A stretch of 64,000 bases of DNA from Podarcis vaucheri. Taxonomy: Eukaryota. The DNA lies in NCBI GenBank assembly GCA_965113315.1, contig OZ220364.1; one strand, written 5' to 3'. A model generated the notes under the pieces. That model searched no databases. It had not been told where the DNA came from and saw only the letters and a list, made by a program, of their open reading frames with translations. A program made the translations under genes and the position numbers. Shown one piece after another: positions 10,257 to 23,767 of the stretch; within the stretch, counting starts at the first letter, position 1; every line of letters starts with the position of its first letter.

Positions 10257-13200
10257 TCCATCCGTGGCAGAGATGGAAACCAGCCCTTCCACATCCAATA
10301 CACCATCTACACTGGCCTAAGCCATATTATACGTGTAGTGCCTCTATGTGTTGCAAGCCTGCTCTCCTCTAACCTGCTAGCCTTAACTTCTCTGTGTGAT
10401 CAACACGTCCACCCTATTCTGGTGTGGTGTGTGTAGGCAGCGGCATCAGCTTGGAATCAATCGGAATGGCTCACTGTGCTTTTGAGTTCCTAGCTTCTTC
10501 CTTCCCTCCACCCCTTCCTTGCATTTACACAGAGCGCAGGCAGCGGTGATGGCTGCAGAGTTGAAAGTACAGTTTGAAAGGCTGTCCTTGTGCTGGTGGA
10601 GGGGGCACAAAGAGCGCTCACATAGGTGTTTGCTTTGTGCTCCAGCGTATAAGAGATCCCAGCCTCAAACAGAGACTACTTGTACATTAAGGCACAATCT
10701 AAATACCAATTTCCTCCAGATTAGCCCAAATTCCCTGGGAACACTTTGTGCCAGGGAAGGGGAAGATTTTGCCATAGTAACCAGCCTGTGAGAGCAAGGT
10801 TTTGATAGGGCCTAATTTCCCCTTGGCTGCCCTGGGTGTCTCTGTCATGTGCTTTCCTGCTTTACAAAAGTTCTCCCTTGGGTCTAGTTTCATTTTCCCC
10901 CTCCTGATTGTCTAGTCCTTTATTCTGTTTATCAGTTTTAAGTAGGTAACCAGAAGACGGAACTAAGCGCAGCCGAACAGCTGTGTATGGATTTGTGTAT
11001 GATGGGAGTATAGTACAAATACGTTGTTAGACATATATAGCAGGGTTGATGTTGCTTGTACAAGTTGACTGATCTGGTGTTTTGTCAAAATAACTGCAGT
11101 TGTTCTGCTTGTGGAGCCCTTGCAAGGGAGCCAGACACACAATGCAGGCATTCCGCTTGTCAGATAAACCCTGTAATAAAGGCAACATTTGGAATTTGTG
11201 TAGTTTGGTTTTGTTATTTGGCCAATGTAGTCTGCGTTTTTTATGACTGGCCCCTTCCGAGTAATCAAATTTGCTAGGACTGCTGATCCTTCGGTCTAGC
11301 TTTGTACTTTCAGCATCCCCTGGCAGAGTGAGGGTAAAATGCCATGCCAGGGACTTGGCACCATCCCTCATGCCTGAGAAAAGGCGTTTATCCTGCTGTT
11401 GGCCCTGCCAGCAAACAGATGGGGATATTGTTATTTGTGCCTTGGTGCCCCTGCTCCTGCTGTCACCTTGAGCATTGTAATGCTCTACCATCACCTACCT
11501 GGCTACCTGGGGAGTGGGCTTAGGCTTATTGTAGCAGTTGGCATATAGGCTATTCTCTGTATTCTGTTTTAAGAGGGCACCATATAAACTCAAGAGAAAA
11601 AGGTGGGCGATGAAAAGTGGGGGTGTTGTTTTGAACAGGGGCTTCAAATGCCTATCCTATGCATTAGCACTTGAAATTCCTTGAAGTCAATTTGGCTGGG
11701 TGTTTTCCCCAGGTGTCAGTATTTGATTCTCTTAAGCGCTCTTCAGATATTACTCTGTGAAGGAAGGAAGCATTGTGAAAGTGGCTACAGGGTTGCATGT
11801 TTAGCCTCATCCCTAATGTTTTGTGGTTTCTCCTGCCATGCTGAGTCATAAGCTTCTGAAGTGGGGAGCCTGTTTGGTGTGCGAGGCTTCCCATGTGACC
11901 TAGAACCCCATGGTCCTAGGGCAGGCTCCCCCCACTTCTGATGTTTATCCCCAGGGATAGGAGGAGCTGTGTCACATAGGAGGCAGGGCTAAACATGCAA
12001 CCTTTAGAAGATACCTTTAGCGTATCTTCACCCTTTGTGCAAGTTATACCTGCGGAACTGGGAGGCTTCATATTTGTTCCTGGTTTTTCTCATGGGGGCA
12101 AGAGGCCCACCAAACTGTTTAGAAGGATGCAGACCCTTCAGTGAATTAAAGTGAGCTATTCTCAAGTGCGATTTTGACAAAAGGTAGAGAAAGGATGGTA
12201 TCCAACTGGTATCCAGCTGGAAATCTTTTCCAGATTTGTTCAGGATGCAAACTTTGTTGTTTGAACACTCTTCGCCCTCTGAAATGCCACTCTGGAAACA
12301 GCCTCTGCTTGCTCTATGGGTCTCTTAAAAGACTCCTAATCAAATGGGCTCTGTATCTATTTAAAGCTCTCCTAAAGGTGGGGGCTTGCTTCCCTTCCAA
12401 TCAGAATGGTTTTCTCGGTCTGAAGCCATATTCGTAGAAAACTCTTAAATTACCCTTGGCAATTACATTAAGTGCTTCGGTAGTAAAGAACAGCTGTGGG
12501 GAACATATCCCCCCCCCGTCTCTGCACAGGAGCATATTCTCAGGGTCAGTGATGAAGGCAAGCAAGCGAGATGTCCACTCCAGGTAGTAACATTCACAAG
12601 GTTGCATTAGTTGCTGATTCAAAGCCTTCCAGTCTTGGTTGTGCAAGAGTTTCCCTAAATTGCGAATAGATGTGTCTGGAGTCCCCGTACACACACCATT
12701 TTTTTCTTAGTAGTTTCCAAGTAGCATCTAACCCAGCTGCCATCTGAAGCTGCCCGGTATGGCTGTTCGTTTGTTTTAAAATGAAGAAGCCACAAGGTTC
12801 AGGGTGGAAAGAAGAACCTTTGCTGTCCAAGATTTGCAGGGTTACCTAGGCCTCTGATGCTGCTGGAGGGACAGTGATGGTGGATGTAAAGTAAGAAAGA
12901 GCCAGTTCTATGATAACAGCATTCTCACGGCTGTCTCTTCTGGTTGGCAGCATTTTCCTATCAGGGTACCCCACCCACCCACCTCCCACCCAGAGTTCTG
13001 TCCCAGAGCATCATGAAGGGAGGCCAGCATTCATCAGCTGGGAAGACCTAGCATCAGTCAAACTTGGGAGAACGGGTCTGGTTTGTGACTGAGCTGGTTC
13101 GAGGCATTGTGGGGAGGGGTGGGGAGAAGGGGGAGCTGGCAGGGCTCCCACGCAGCCCAGGCTAACTTTGGAGAAGGAGGATGGGTCACCAAAGCAATTA

Positions 13201-16200
13201 TAGTTCAAATCCAGGTTAGACAAACAGGGAGGTGGGAAGTTGTGGAGTCAGCTGAGTGTGAAACCTCTCACTCCCACTCATGCCATGGGGAGGGGGGGAG
13301 GGAAGGCCTTTTGTGTTGAGCATGGGAGAAGTGAGCAGGAGGAATGGAGCTAAATGAAAAGGGGAGAGGGGAAATGAGTCTCCTGTTGGCGAAGAGGGTG
13401 GAGGGGAGGCTGCTTATCTCATTCCCATCCTTCCGGCTCTCCCCCCCCCCACATGATCGTTCGCCCAATCCTGCAAAGGCAGAGCCCCGTCTGCTGAAAG
13501 GGGGACTGGCCCCTATTGTAAGTCGGGGCAGAGAGAGCACGGGAAAGGAGCAGTATGGCTGGGACAATGGTGATTGGGGGAGAGGGGCTCTGGGGGGAGG
13601 GGCAGCGGTCACGGGCTTCCTGACATGTTCATTTTGGAATCTGTCAAAACAGTCACTCTGGGCGCTGAGAGTGACCACTCAATCGAGGGCCCCCACAGAG
13701 AGAGAAGGGGCGGGGTGGGATGTGGTGCCGGGGGGGGGGGGGAGAGAGGGAGAGCTAAGCAGAGAAGTCATGCATCAGTGTCCGCCAGGATCCTTTCTCC
13801 TGTCCAGGACTGGCAGGAGAGGGGCTTTGATGACATCATTGCTCCACAGAACAGGAGGCGAAGGAGGGGGCGCTGGACAAAAGGGTTTGTGAGCTGGGCT
13901 CAGAGGATCCCCAGGAAGGTGGCAAGTGGGGGGGCTGGTGGCACGCATTGTGACTGCATTTTCCCTCAACCTGTAGTCCATACTTTTAGCGATTCCTACC
14001 TAGTCCTTAGAAATCCCGCTCATTCTTTCTCTGTCTCGGTCTTAAGCAGTCGCTCTCTGCCAACACCCTGTGAGCACCAGCCCCAAATATATCGCTTCCT
14101 CCGCCCAAATCAACATTTGTAGAATCTGCATACAGTCACTGGCTTTTGTGCACCTGGTATCCTATGTTCAACCAGTCACAAAATGTTTCTAGCACAAGCT
14201 AAAATCCCCCTAAAATTGGAGTATTTCCCCACAGAGTCAGTAGTTGTCAGGGATGAAACAGGAGAATCTTCCTCTGAGCCCCTGCCCCACTTCTAACATG
14301 GTTTTTGGTAAACTTGGTGTTCTAGAGTTATTTCAAAGGCTCCCGAATAAAATTGCAAGTTTTTCAGAAATCTTGAAGCCATGTGTATATTTTGGGGGAG
14401 GGAGAGTTGGATCTTTCTTTGGGAGGAACTGAAATTTGGGGGGAAATTGAAGGGTATGTGATACTTTAATATTGAGCCTAGCCATCAAGGATCAAGAGTG
14501 CAATCCAGTACACACTTACCTGGGAGTAAATCCCATTGAACTCATTGGGACTTACTTCTGAGTAGACATGAATAGGACTGTGATGTAAGGATGTAAAATA
14601 TATTGTATATACCTTGCTATGTAAAATACTGCTGTTTGGTAAATATATGAAATGCCTTGGCAATAATAGTATTTTCTATAGGTTACAGCTCTCATTGGCA
14701 GTTGTTGCAACCAAGTACAGTATATCTTTTTGTCAGTTGGGAAAATAGGAAAAGTTGTTAATGGATGACATCAACATTTGAGCAAATGAAAAATAGATTT
14801 TATTATCTGGACTTTTGAACAATATTATCATGCAGAATATCATGCATGCTATCATGCAGAAACAGAACTAACTCATATTTCCAGAGATCACAAACACCCG
14901 TAACATGAAGTTTGAGGACTAGCAATATATTTGGACAGACACATTCTGCAATTTCCAGAATACTGAAGAAGTTAATGTTATTTCATTATCATACACAATT
15001 GTTTGCATATTTACCTGGGAGTAAGTCCTTTTGAACTTGCTTGTGACTGAATAAATATGTACAGGGCTGTGTTAAAAGAGTCATAGTCACTGTAGATAAA
15101 AAGTTGTCCTTATTTATTAGTTTCCATCCCACTTCATAACATATCATTGATGACAACTTAACTTCACCTCTCTAAGCAGAATCAATGTCTGAAAGATCCA
15201 TAGTTTCTTATTCTGACCTTATTTCGAGTGTCATATTCAGAAAACAGAAAAATTGCAGGAATTGAAGCAAAAAGCTCAAAACAGTTTTGCTGCTAGTTCT
15301 GTGTGTATGTCCGCATACAAGCAGCAGTTTATTTCCCAATGTAGAAGATACAGAAATCTGAAGCAGGAAACGTCAGATACTTAGTTGTGCAAATGCCTCG
15401 CCACCATGTTGCAGAAGCAATGGGCTCCGTAGGTTCCCAGATTGCCCTCCCGCATTAAATACCTGATCACGTTCTGTTTTGTGAAGCATTTGAGAGTTTG
15501 AACTTACAGTGTTGCTTCTTTAGTAATTCAGTTGAAAGTGGCACCACTCCTTTAGAATCTTGGATCTAATAATTTTGCCTGTGTAACGATTTTAAAACAC
15601 AAGTTTGAGAAGTGTTTCACTTTTCATGTTGAAGGTGAAAATATTCCGCATAGAGCTCCCCTGCCCAAATCACTAATATTTCTAGTTGAGGCCAGGGGTT
15701 GAGGCAAAGTCCAGTTTCCCCTCCTCCCCTTACTCCAGACCTTCCCATTTCTGCTCCAGAGCAAGCTGCTTTCCTGTTGATCAGGTCTGCTCAGTGCACA
15801 GACACTCCCAAATTGGATCAGCTTCCAAGTGCTAGCCCACTATGGGAACATTGAAGATCCGCCTGTAAGGGGCTCGACCTACTTGTGTTCTGAGAACAAG
15901 TGAGACAGCAAAAGTTATGGGCATACTGGCAACTCTCTGTTTCCACGGGGAGGGGTGTGTGTGTGTTGAATTCCTGGTGCCTGCGTACATCAACAGAGCG
16001 AGCATAAGCCTGCCCCACCCTGTTGTGTCCCATTGCACCCCATTTCCAGGCCACTTCCGGGTCTGCCGCAATGAGTGTGCGCACAGTCACACATCAATCG
16101 GATGCACGTAAAATGGTTGATGCCTTGTATATGCAGAGTACTTCCCTCTCCCAAATGAAGAAACCAATCCTGTTCCATGTGGGAAAGGTCGATGAAGCTT

Positions 16201-16572
16201 CCAGGTTAGAGGATGGAGAATTCAGGCAGCCTTGAGCTCTGGCATTTGCCCTTTGGGTGCCCTTGGGGTGGCACAGTTGGTGGCTGGTTTTTCTTGTGCA
16301 CAGGACAACCAGAAGCCTGTGAGACCCAACTCATTCAACCATCTCCCAGAGGGTCACTCTCCTCATGCTCCAACACTTTCAAGCAAGCCTTCTGGTGGTC
16401 CAGCGAGGAAATGGGGGTTATATGTTGGTGTCTTCTAGCATCTGCCTGGGGTAAAGGGAGTCCCTACTTATCCCATATTCCAGAGCATTTGAGTTACGGG
16501 TGTTAAACACGCGCTGTTTCTAAAGTGAGCTCACACTGTCATTTGCACTGACCCTCTTCTTGCGTTGGACAG

Positions 16573-16839
16573 AGATGCTTGACAGCCACATGGTGGAGAC
16601 GGAGGAGGAGCACCTGCTACTGGACCCTGGGAGTCTGCTGAAGCTCTACTGCAGCACCAACCACAGCCTTGCGATCATATGGTATAAGGAAGCCAAGCAG
16701 CTTTTCCCAAGCGGGCGCATCCACATGCGGCAGAGCATGCTGGAGATTGTGGAAGCCACCTATGAAGATTCAGGCCTGTACTCCTGCCGAGCGCAGAGCA
16801 CCGGGGAAAGCCTGCGCAACTTCACCATCTCTGTTGTGG
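16573..16839 (+). CDS. FGFR4: FGFR4 exon 3 (Ig-like domain I)
   Basis: EMLDSH...LKLYC...WYKE...EDSGLYSC...RNFTISVV. cag acceptor, G|gtaaga donor, phase 1-1. Confidence 0.95.
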
Positions 16840-18246
16840 GTAAGAGATGTTCCAGCCTCTCTTCAGAACGGTGGCAACCCCTCCTTTTTTTTTGTTTGAG
16901 GGAAGGCCGCATGGCACATGTTTGCTCAGTAATGTTTCTGCTCCTCAGGGCAAACACTTCTCCTAGTCCAATGTGGAATGGAAAAATGAGAAGCGGTGTC
17001 ACTGGAAGAAGGTCTTAAGAGCTGAGGAAACAGCTCTATGACATTCTTGCCATGTCAGCCCCCCAGGGGGAGAAGAGGTCCCTTTTTAAGAGTAAGAAGG
17101 GGACGGAAATGTTAGGCACACCCAGAAACAACCCAAACAGCTAGCAAAGACTAGTGCATAAGAGAAGTAAGCAGCAAACAGAGGTGGGTTTTAAAAAATA
17201 AGATAAAAAGGGCAAAAAGTCTTAGGGGACCACTTGGAAACATTTCTGAGGCTTGACATGACCCACAACTCACAGGTCAGCCACCCTTGGTTCATAGTGA
17301 CTGGCAGTGGGTCTCCAGAGTCCTTCCTCACCTAACTTGGAGATGCCAGAGAACCAGGGACCGTTGGCATGCAAAGCATCTGCTCTGCTACAGCTCCTAG
17401 TCAACACAGACCTTGCCACACTGCCGCCTTGCATGTCCCCTGGTCAAAGCAACAAGGATTTATTTAACTTGGCGCTCCTCCTAAAGGACTTGGTTTTCAC
17501 AATGAAACTAGGCGGTTCCCTGGAACAGCTGGTAGATCTCAGATTACACCCCTTCTGTGAAGGTTGCGCGAGCTGCTTAATCACTTCCGGGCCTGTTCAA
17601 GGTTTTGTCTTCAACATGTAAAGCCCCAAATGACTTTGGTTTAAAAAAACAAAACAAAAACAAACCCCGATAGATTGCCTCCTCCTTTATACTCTGCCCT
17701 GGGATTTAAGATCAGCAGGAGAGGCCCCACTGGTGGTCTGCTGACACCCTCAGAGGTCCAGGGGACAGTGTCACATGAGAAGGCCTTTTTTGTGGTGGCC
17801 CCCAAACTTCAAAACTCTCTGCCTCCTGATGTATTCCTGATATCAACACTGGAGTTTTGTGCAGGCTTTTGGAAATGTGCAGTGTGATTACTTTCTGTAT
17901 ATGCTTTTATTGTTTGGTGGCTGCTTTAATTGATTGCATTTTACTGTTTCGTATTGCATTGTCCACCTGCCCAGGGACCTTTGGTGAAGGACAGGTAATT
18001 AAATGTACTAAATAAAGAATAAGCCAACAAATGAGCTAGGACTGTAGCAGCCAACAGTGCTTCTCCTCCTCTCCCCCCAGTCACCTTTGAACATACTCCA
18101 GTTAGCATTTTGCCTGCTACTCTACACTCCTGCTAAGAAAATGCTGGTCCACTGTAGCCAGGTGCTCCCTTGATAACTGCCTCTTGTTCAGTGCCCTGTG
18201 GTTATTTAAGAAGCAAGACCACAAAGAATTACCATTTTGTTTTCAG

Positions 18247-18336
18247 ATTCATTGGCATCTGGTGATGACGATGAAGACAGCGGTGTGGAGAGTGCCCACG
18301 CCGATTCCCTTGAGGAGCCCATACATACCCGGCGAG
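18247..18336 (+). CDS. FGFR4: FGFR4 exon 4 (acid box)
   Basis: DSLASGDDDEDSGVES... tttcag acceptor, G|gtcagt donor. Confidence 0.95.
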
Positions 18337-18764
18337 GTCAGTATGCCTACTTGGCTGTGCTTCACTCCGTCCTGGGTGCTGATGCATGCTGGGAGAGGGA
18401 ACTGGGTGGAGAAGGGGTGCTTAGTAAGTACTTGGACTCACGGTGGCCAGACATCTACCTTTCTTACTTCCCAAGCCTCCTCTGCTGTCGATGTGTCCCA
18501 AAATTGTTTGATAATGGTTGCCTTCAAACTAGGGAGCTCTGCTTGAGCTTGGAGCATATCCCAAAGCACACTCATTTCTCATGGGACGTTGAGGTTCCCC
18601 AGTGGAAGGGTTGCCGTCGTGCATTTTGGCACATCCATGGGTCCCTATGATGTTCCCTTTAACTCTCCCACCATCAGTTAGAGCACAGACCTTTGTCCCT
18701 AAAGTGTGAGCCTCCCCTGAGCCTGAATTAAAAGCTGGAGCCAATAGGGTGATGCCTTTTTCAG

Positions 18765-18931
18765 CACCTTACTGGACGCACCCTCACCGAATGGACAAGA
18801 AGCTGTATGCAGTCCCGGCAGGGAACACAGTCAAGTTCCGCTGCCCAGCCTCTGGGAGCCCCAACCCAACAATCCGCTGGCTGAAGAATGGGAGGGAATT
18901 CCGAGGGGAGCACCGGATTGGAGGGATCAGG
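18765..18931 (+). CDS. FGFR4: FGFR4 exon 5 (Ig-II, first half)
   Basis: [56 protein letters not shown]. Donor AGG|gtaagt. Confidence 0.98.
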
Positions 18932-19051
18932 GTAAGTGCCCAGCCCCTTACAGGTTTGCCATCTCTCCCCTTGCCCTCCTTTCCCTTTTCCTCCACCTGG
19001 CTGGGACCGCAGCTGCCTTGCCCACCAGGTTTTTATGAGTTAGGATTTGGG

Positions 19052-19085
<34 letters not shown>

Positions 19086-19479
19086 GGGGGGGGCACAGGG
19101 GAGCATGCTTTAAGGAATCCACAATATTGCACAAGCCACTCAGCAGTGAGTTTGGGGAATTCAGCCTGCTGTCCAAAGACTCCAGGACCCTCTTCAGCAC
19201 TTGCTGTGCCCCTGATCCCCTTTTGCTCTGGCTGCCCTAGCCTTGCCAGATCAATATATTAATTTGCAAAAGTTTGCTTCCATCAAAAGAGCAGCTGCTA
19301 GACATTTCCACCTCTTTTGCCCGCCTTTCTCCTCTTTCTGCTCCCTAGCTTGATTCAGTGCATTGTTAAAAAAGGTCAGCCTATGGACGTGCCCCATTCC
19401 TTAACAATGGAGCATGAACACATAATGCAAACACCATTGTTAAAATAGCTACACTGGCTACCCATTTGCTACTGAGCCA

Positions 19480-19780
19480 GGTTCAAGGTTGATTGGTATT
19501 AATCTACAAAGCCCTGAAGAACGTACGTCCAGTGCACCTTAGGGGCTGCTGAAACCCTTATATGTCAGCACAATCACTGAGATAACCTACAGGAGTTTTG
19601 TTAGTTGTTCCTTGCACTGGCAAGGCTCATTTGACACCAACATGAAATACAGCCTTTAGTGTCATCAGCCCAGGCCTGTGGAGTGTTCTGCCAATAGATT
19701 CAGCAGGCAGCTTCTGCCTCAGCCTTTAAACACCTGTGGGAAACTTCTATTCTGCCATGATTATACAGGCAATTCAGAAT
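19480..19780 (+). mobile_element. Old L2 fragment in intron 5
   Basis: ccaggttcaaggtt...aatctacaaagccctga (FKV...IYKAL) and gcctttagtgtc...ctgtgg motifs, similar to the L2 at 1170-2168. Confidence 0.55.
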
Positions 19781-19781
19781 A

Positions 19782-20005
19782 CAGTCGTACCTTAGAAGTC
19801 AAACGGAATCAGTTCCAAAAGTCCGTTTGACTTCCAAAATGTCCAGAAACCAAAGCGCAGCTTCTGATTGGCTGCAGGAAGTTCCTGCAGCCAATCAGAA
19901 GCCCTGTCAGACATTTGGGTTCCAAAGAACGTTCACAAACCGGAACACTCATTTGGGAGCCAAAACATCCAAGTACCAAGGCATTCAGAATCCAAGGTAT
20001 GACTA
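19782..20005. mobile_element. Tc1/mariner (Tigger-like) MITE
   Basis: TIRs cagtcgtacctt / aaggtatgacta flanked by TA. Internal palindrome ctgattggctgcaggaa..ttcctgcagccaatcag. Confidence 0.85.
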
Positions 20006-20219
20006 TACATCTTTTCACAACAGTTAGCTGATGGTCTCTGTTTTTTAAATTGTTACATGTTTTTTAATATATAGATACTAAACAGCTTTGATATGTGATA
20101 CACCAGTATATAAATATTTTTGTAAATGAAGAAATATTTGCCGGCCTTAGTATATAGCTCAAAGGATTTGTGTCTAAAACAAGGGACTTTTGTTGGCCTG
20201 TGAGCAGCTGTGCCCTGAG

Positions 20220-20309
20220 CTTAGCTGTCAACTTTTCCCTTTTCTTGCGAGGAATCCTATACGGAATAAGGGAATTTCCCTTTAAAAAAGGGAAACGTTG
20301 ACAGCTATG
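20220..20309. mobile_element. 90-bp hAT-type MITE, 75 nt upstream of exon 6
   Basis: TIRs cttagctgtcaac / gttgacagctatg. Perfect 8-bp TSD GCCCTGAG. Confidence 0.88.
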
Positions 20310-20384
20310 GCCCTGAGAGAGATGGACATCTCTTTTAAAAGAAGGCGATAACCTTGGCTCCTGCCTTTTCCTCTTTCCACCCAG

Positions 20385-20508
20385 CTAAGGCATCAACACT
20401 GGAGCTTGGTCATGGAGAGTGTGGTGCCTTCGGACCGAGGCAACTACACTTGCCTGGTGGAGAACAAGTTTGGCAGCATCCGCTACAGCTACTTCCTGGA
20501 TGTGCTAG
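20385..20508 (+). CDS. FGFR4: FGFR4 exon 6 (Ig-II, second half)
   Basis: [41 protein letters not shown], read directly from sequence (absent from the ORF track). ccag acceptor, G|gtgagg donor. Confidence 0.98.
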
Positions 20509-21304
20509 GTGAGGTGAACTTCTCCCTGCCATACTGCTCCAAATCTAGATATGTGGACATCAACATGTGAAAAAAAGACAAGGAAAGTGGGCTGCCCCCC
20601 CCACTCCCCCACCTCCAGCCTGAAAAGCTCCTTACTCCTTTGCCGATGAGTGCTTTTGAGTCTGTGTGGGATGCCAGACCCCAGTTCCCTGGCAGCCTGC
20701 CAGGTTCCTGTGGGAAGGAACAAGCCTCGCCACCCTGACCTCAGGCACCCCCAAAGAGAAGGAAAATGCCCCGAACCCGCTTTTGACTTCAAAGGGAGTT
20801 GGAGATCTCCCAGGCCATAAAGTCAGATGAAATTAATTAGCCCTGCCTAGATCTATAGGACTAGCTCTAAGCCTTTTGCTCCCTTATCTCTCAGCCCCTC
20901 ATTATCTGTCTTCTCTGGGCTTACTTGTAATCACCGGAAAGAGGCTCTGGAGCCAGTCATGGGTGGGAGTTCAGCCCATGGCATTAAGTAATATCAGATC
21001 TGCTGGGCTGGAAGGAGATGGCGGGCAGTGGGGGGTGGGGGGGGAGAGAGACACCAGGCCTTTAGGCAGGACTGCATATACTGCTGTACTAGGGAGCTTT
21101 GAGAAGAAAGTGCTGCGCTTTGATAGATGGAGTAACTCCCTGACAGTTGGCTGCGCCTCTGCACTCCCGGACGGCTGCGATAGCACTATCAGCTCCGTGT
21201 GCAGTGATTTATGTGCTGTAGAGCATGACCTTAGCTCCTCTGGGGGGGACCTGGCAGTCTTCAACTGTGCTGGACAACAACTTTCCCTGCTCTCTTCCTG
21301 GCAG

Positions 21305-21495
21305 AGAGATCTCCGCACAGGCCTATCTTGCAAGCTGGGCTGCCGGCCAACACCACCGCAGTGGTGGGCAGCGACGTTGAGTTCTTCTGCAAGGTGTACA
21401 GCGACGCCCAGCCCCACATACAGTGGCTCAAGCACATTGAAGTGAATGGCAGCAGCTACGGCCCAGATGGAGTCCCCTATGTGCAAGTGCTTAAG
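21305..21495 (+). CDS. FGFR4: FGFR4 exon 7 (linker and Ig-IIIa)
   Basis: [64 protein letters not shown]. Donor AAG|gtaacc. Confidence 0.98.
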
Positions 21496-21883
21496 GTAAC
21501 CAGAGCTCCCCCTTTTTTTGCAGAGATTTCCATTGCCAGAAAGGTCACTTTCCCCCACACTTTTAGACAAACAACAGAGGTTACGGAGTGGGGGGAGCAG
21601 GGGCTGGATAGGAAGTGGCACATTTCAGTGGGCTAGATTTAGACCAGGGGCTCCTAGTTGCTGACCCCTCATCTGTGGAGCCAAGGGCACATATAGCCCA
21701 TTACCCATATTAAGAATTGCACATTTTACAATATGTGCCTAAACTAACAGTTTCAAACCAAAAGTTTATCTTAAAAGAAGGCTTTAACAAGAGTGATTGC
21801 TGTGTTTATTTGCAAAGAAAGAGAGGAGGTCCAAGACTGGCTGAGATGCTACTTTCAATAGCGCCAACTCTGTAAGCTTGGAG

Positions 21884-22080
21884 CATAGCTTTCCAAACCT
21901 TTCATGCTAGTGACACACTTTTTAGACATGCATCATTATGTGACAAAGTAATTCAGTTTTACTAACAAACCAGAAGTTAAACTAACCCCTTTCCAGCCCC
22001 AGAAGGAGCATGGGGAGTGTTAGCACATCACACCTACACACTGCAGTCGAGTGTCATGACACACAGTTTGGAAAGCTGTG
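21884..22080. mobile_element. hAT-type MITE in intron 7
   Basis: TIRs catagctttccaaac / gtttggaaagctgtg. TSD gcttggag/gcttagag. Confidence 0.85.
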
Positions 22081-22462
22081 GCTTAGAGTATATGTCCAGA
22101 AAACAAGCAAACGCAAAGAGCTGCATCATCAGTCTAGCACTGTCCCAGTTGGGTTGCTTATTCTCACAGCAGAGTTGTTGTGTCTCAAGCCCAGAGGCTT
22201 CATACATGATTTTCTGTAGAAGAGTTGCTTGGAAGTAATAAAACTTAGCAATGGCTGTGGTGCACTTATTTAGGGCATCCTCATCAGAGATTGGGGTACA
22301 TGACCATCAATCAGCCATTTATAAGATAAAGATGCACCCTTGAAAGATATATTGGCAGCAAGCAAGATGTTCCCCTTCCAATAAGAAGCTTGAATAACCT
22401 TTTTGTGTCAACGAGAACTAATGCTTTTCTCCCGGCCTCCCACTGGCGACTTATTTTGGCAG

Positions 22463-22601
22463 ACGGCAGATATTAACAGCTCGGAGGTGGAAGTGCTGTA
22501 CCTGCGCAATGTCTCCATGGAAGATGCTGGGGAATATACCTGCCTAGCAGGGAATTCCATTGGCCTGTCATACCAGTCAGCTTGGCTCACTGTGCTTCCA
22601 G
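22463..22601 (+). CDS. FGFR4: FGFR4 exon 8 (Ig-IIIc)
   Basis: [46 protein letters not shown]. Donor G|gtgaga. Confidence 0.98.
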
Positions 22602-23767
22602 GTGAGAAAGGACGGTGGATGAGTGGATGGGGGAAAAGATGGATAATGGTAGTAGGGTATTCCTTTGCAGAGCTAGAAGCAGAGATTACCTTTCCTAATA
22701 GAGACGCTGGGGGTGGGGTGGGACTATACTGTGCATGTCGTACCCCTGTAGAATATCCAATGAGATGAATATGGTAAAGAGAGAGACAGACAGACAGATA
22801 AATGGCTGAAAACAAATTGCAAGACACACTGCCTCGCTTGCATTAAGTTGCCAATCAATCAGTCAACATGACAGATCTATTCACTGTAGAATTATACAGA
22901 ACAATCTACTGTTGTCTTTTGTCAATATATCAATCACAATATGACAGCTGCAGTCCATCAAAAGAGATGCTGCACTTCTCAGTGTATAAATCCTGGAAAG
23001 ACAGACTGGATTTTGGACCCACTTTGTACAAGGAAGAATCCAGCCACTTTTAAATCCCTTGATTTGAATGGAGAATTAGGACAGGCAGGTGAAAAATCAG
23101 ACAGGGCCCTTGCAGCTTGAATAGTTGTGTAGAGCAACACTCCTGCATAGCTATTAAGGATGCAGGTAATATAAATGGGTGGAGACTAGGTGGTTTTTTA
23201 ATATCCACAAATTAGACATAATCCACTGATTAAAAACAAAAAGGCCTACGTACATCTTAAGGGGTGGGGTGGGGAATTGGTAATGAAATGAATTCTGCCT
23301 AGGCTTTGAATGGATAGATTTTGAAAACAGCACATTGTACTGTATATGTAATTAAATGTGGAAGAGATACTGCATGAAATTCCAGGAGCTAGGAAATTTC
23401 TGTTTAGCAAAAACTCTAGGTTTTCACTGAAAGGCATCTGCCTTAAAATGGCTATGTGATGGCTCAATGATAGCTCAAGGATGGGAGCATGATCTAGCCA
23501 GAGTTATCTTTTTACGCCCCATTTATGACAGTCAAAGTGATCTAAACATACGGTATGTTAGGCTCTCTCATTGAAATCAGTGGGATGTATTTTGTTTATG
23601 GTACTGATAGGCTCTGCAGCCAGGTACAGACAGGCTGTTTTTGCAGGCCAATGTACACACCGTGCAGCACAGCCATGTTCCCTCCAGCCCAGCTGGCTAC
23701 CTGCTGTGGTCAAAGCAGGTTTAACCCCCCTGAAACATGCTAACTGCAGATTTATTTGCTATTGCAG

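Noticed and set aside
20876-21621. 189-aa and 216-aa ORFs overlapping exon 7
   Set aside because: Off-frame and antisense shadows of the coding exon plus intron; no independent signals.
21496-22462. Search for an alternative IIIb exon in intron 7
   Set aside because: No IIIb-like coding segment found; the intron holds a hAT MITE. Absence is normal for FGFR4.
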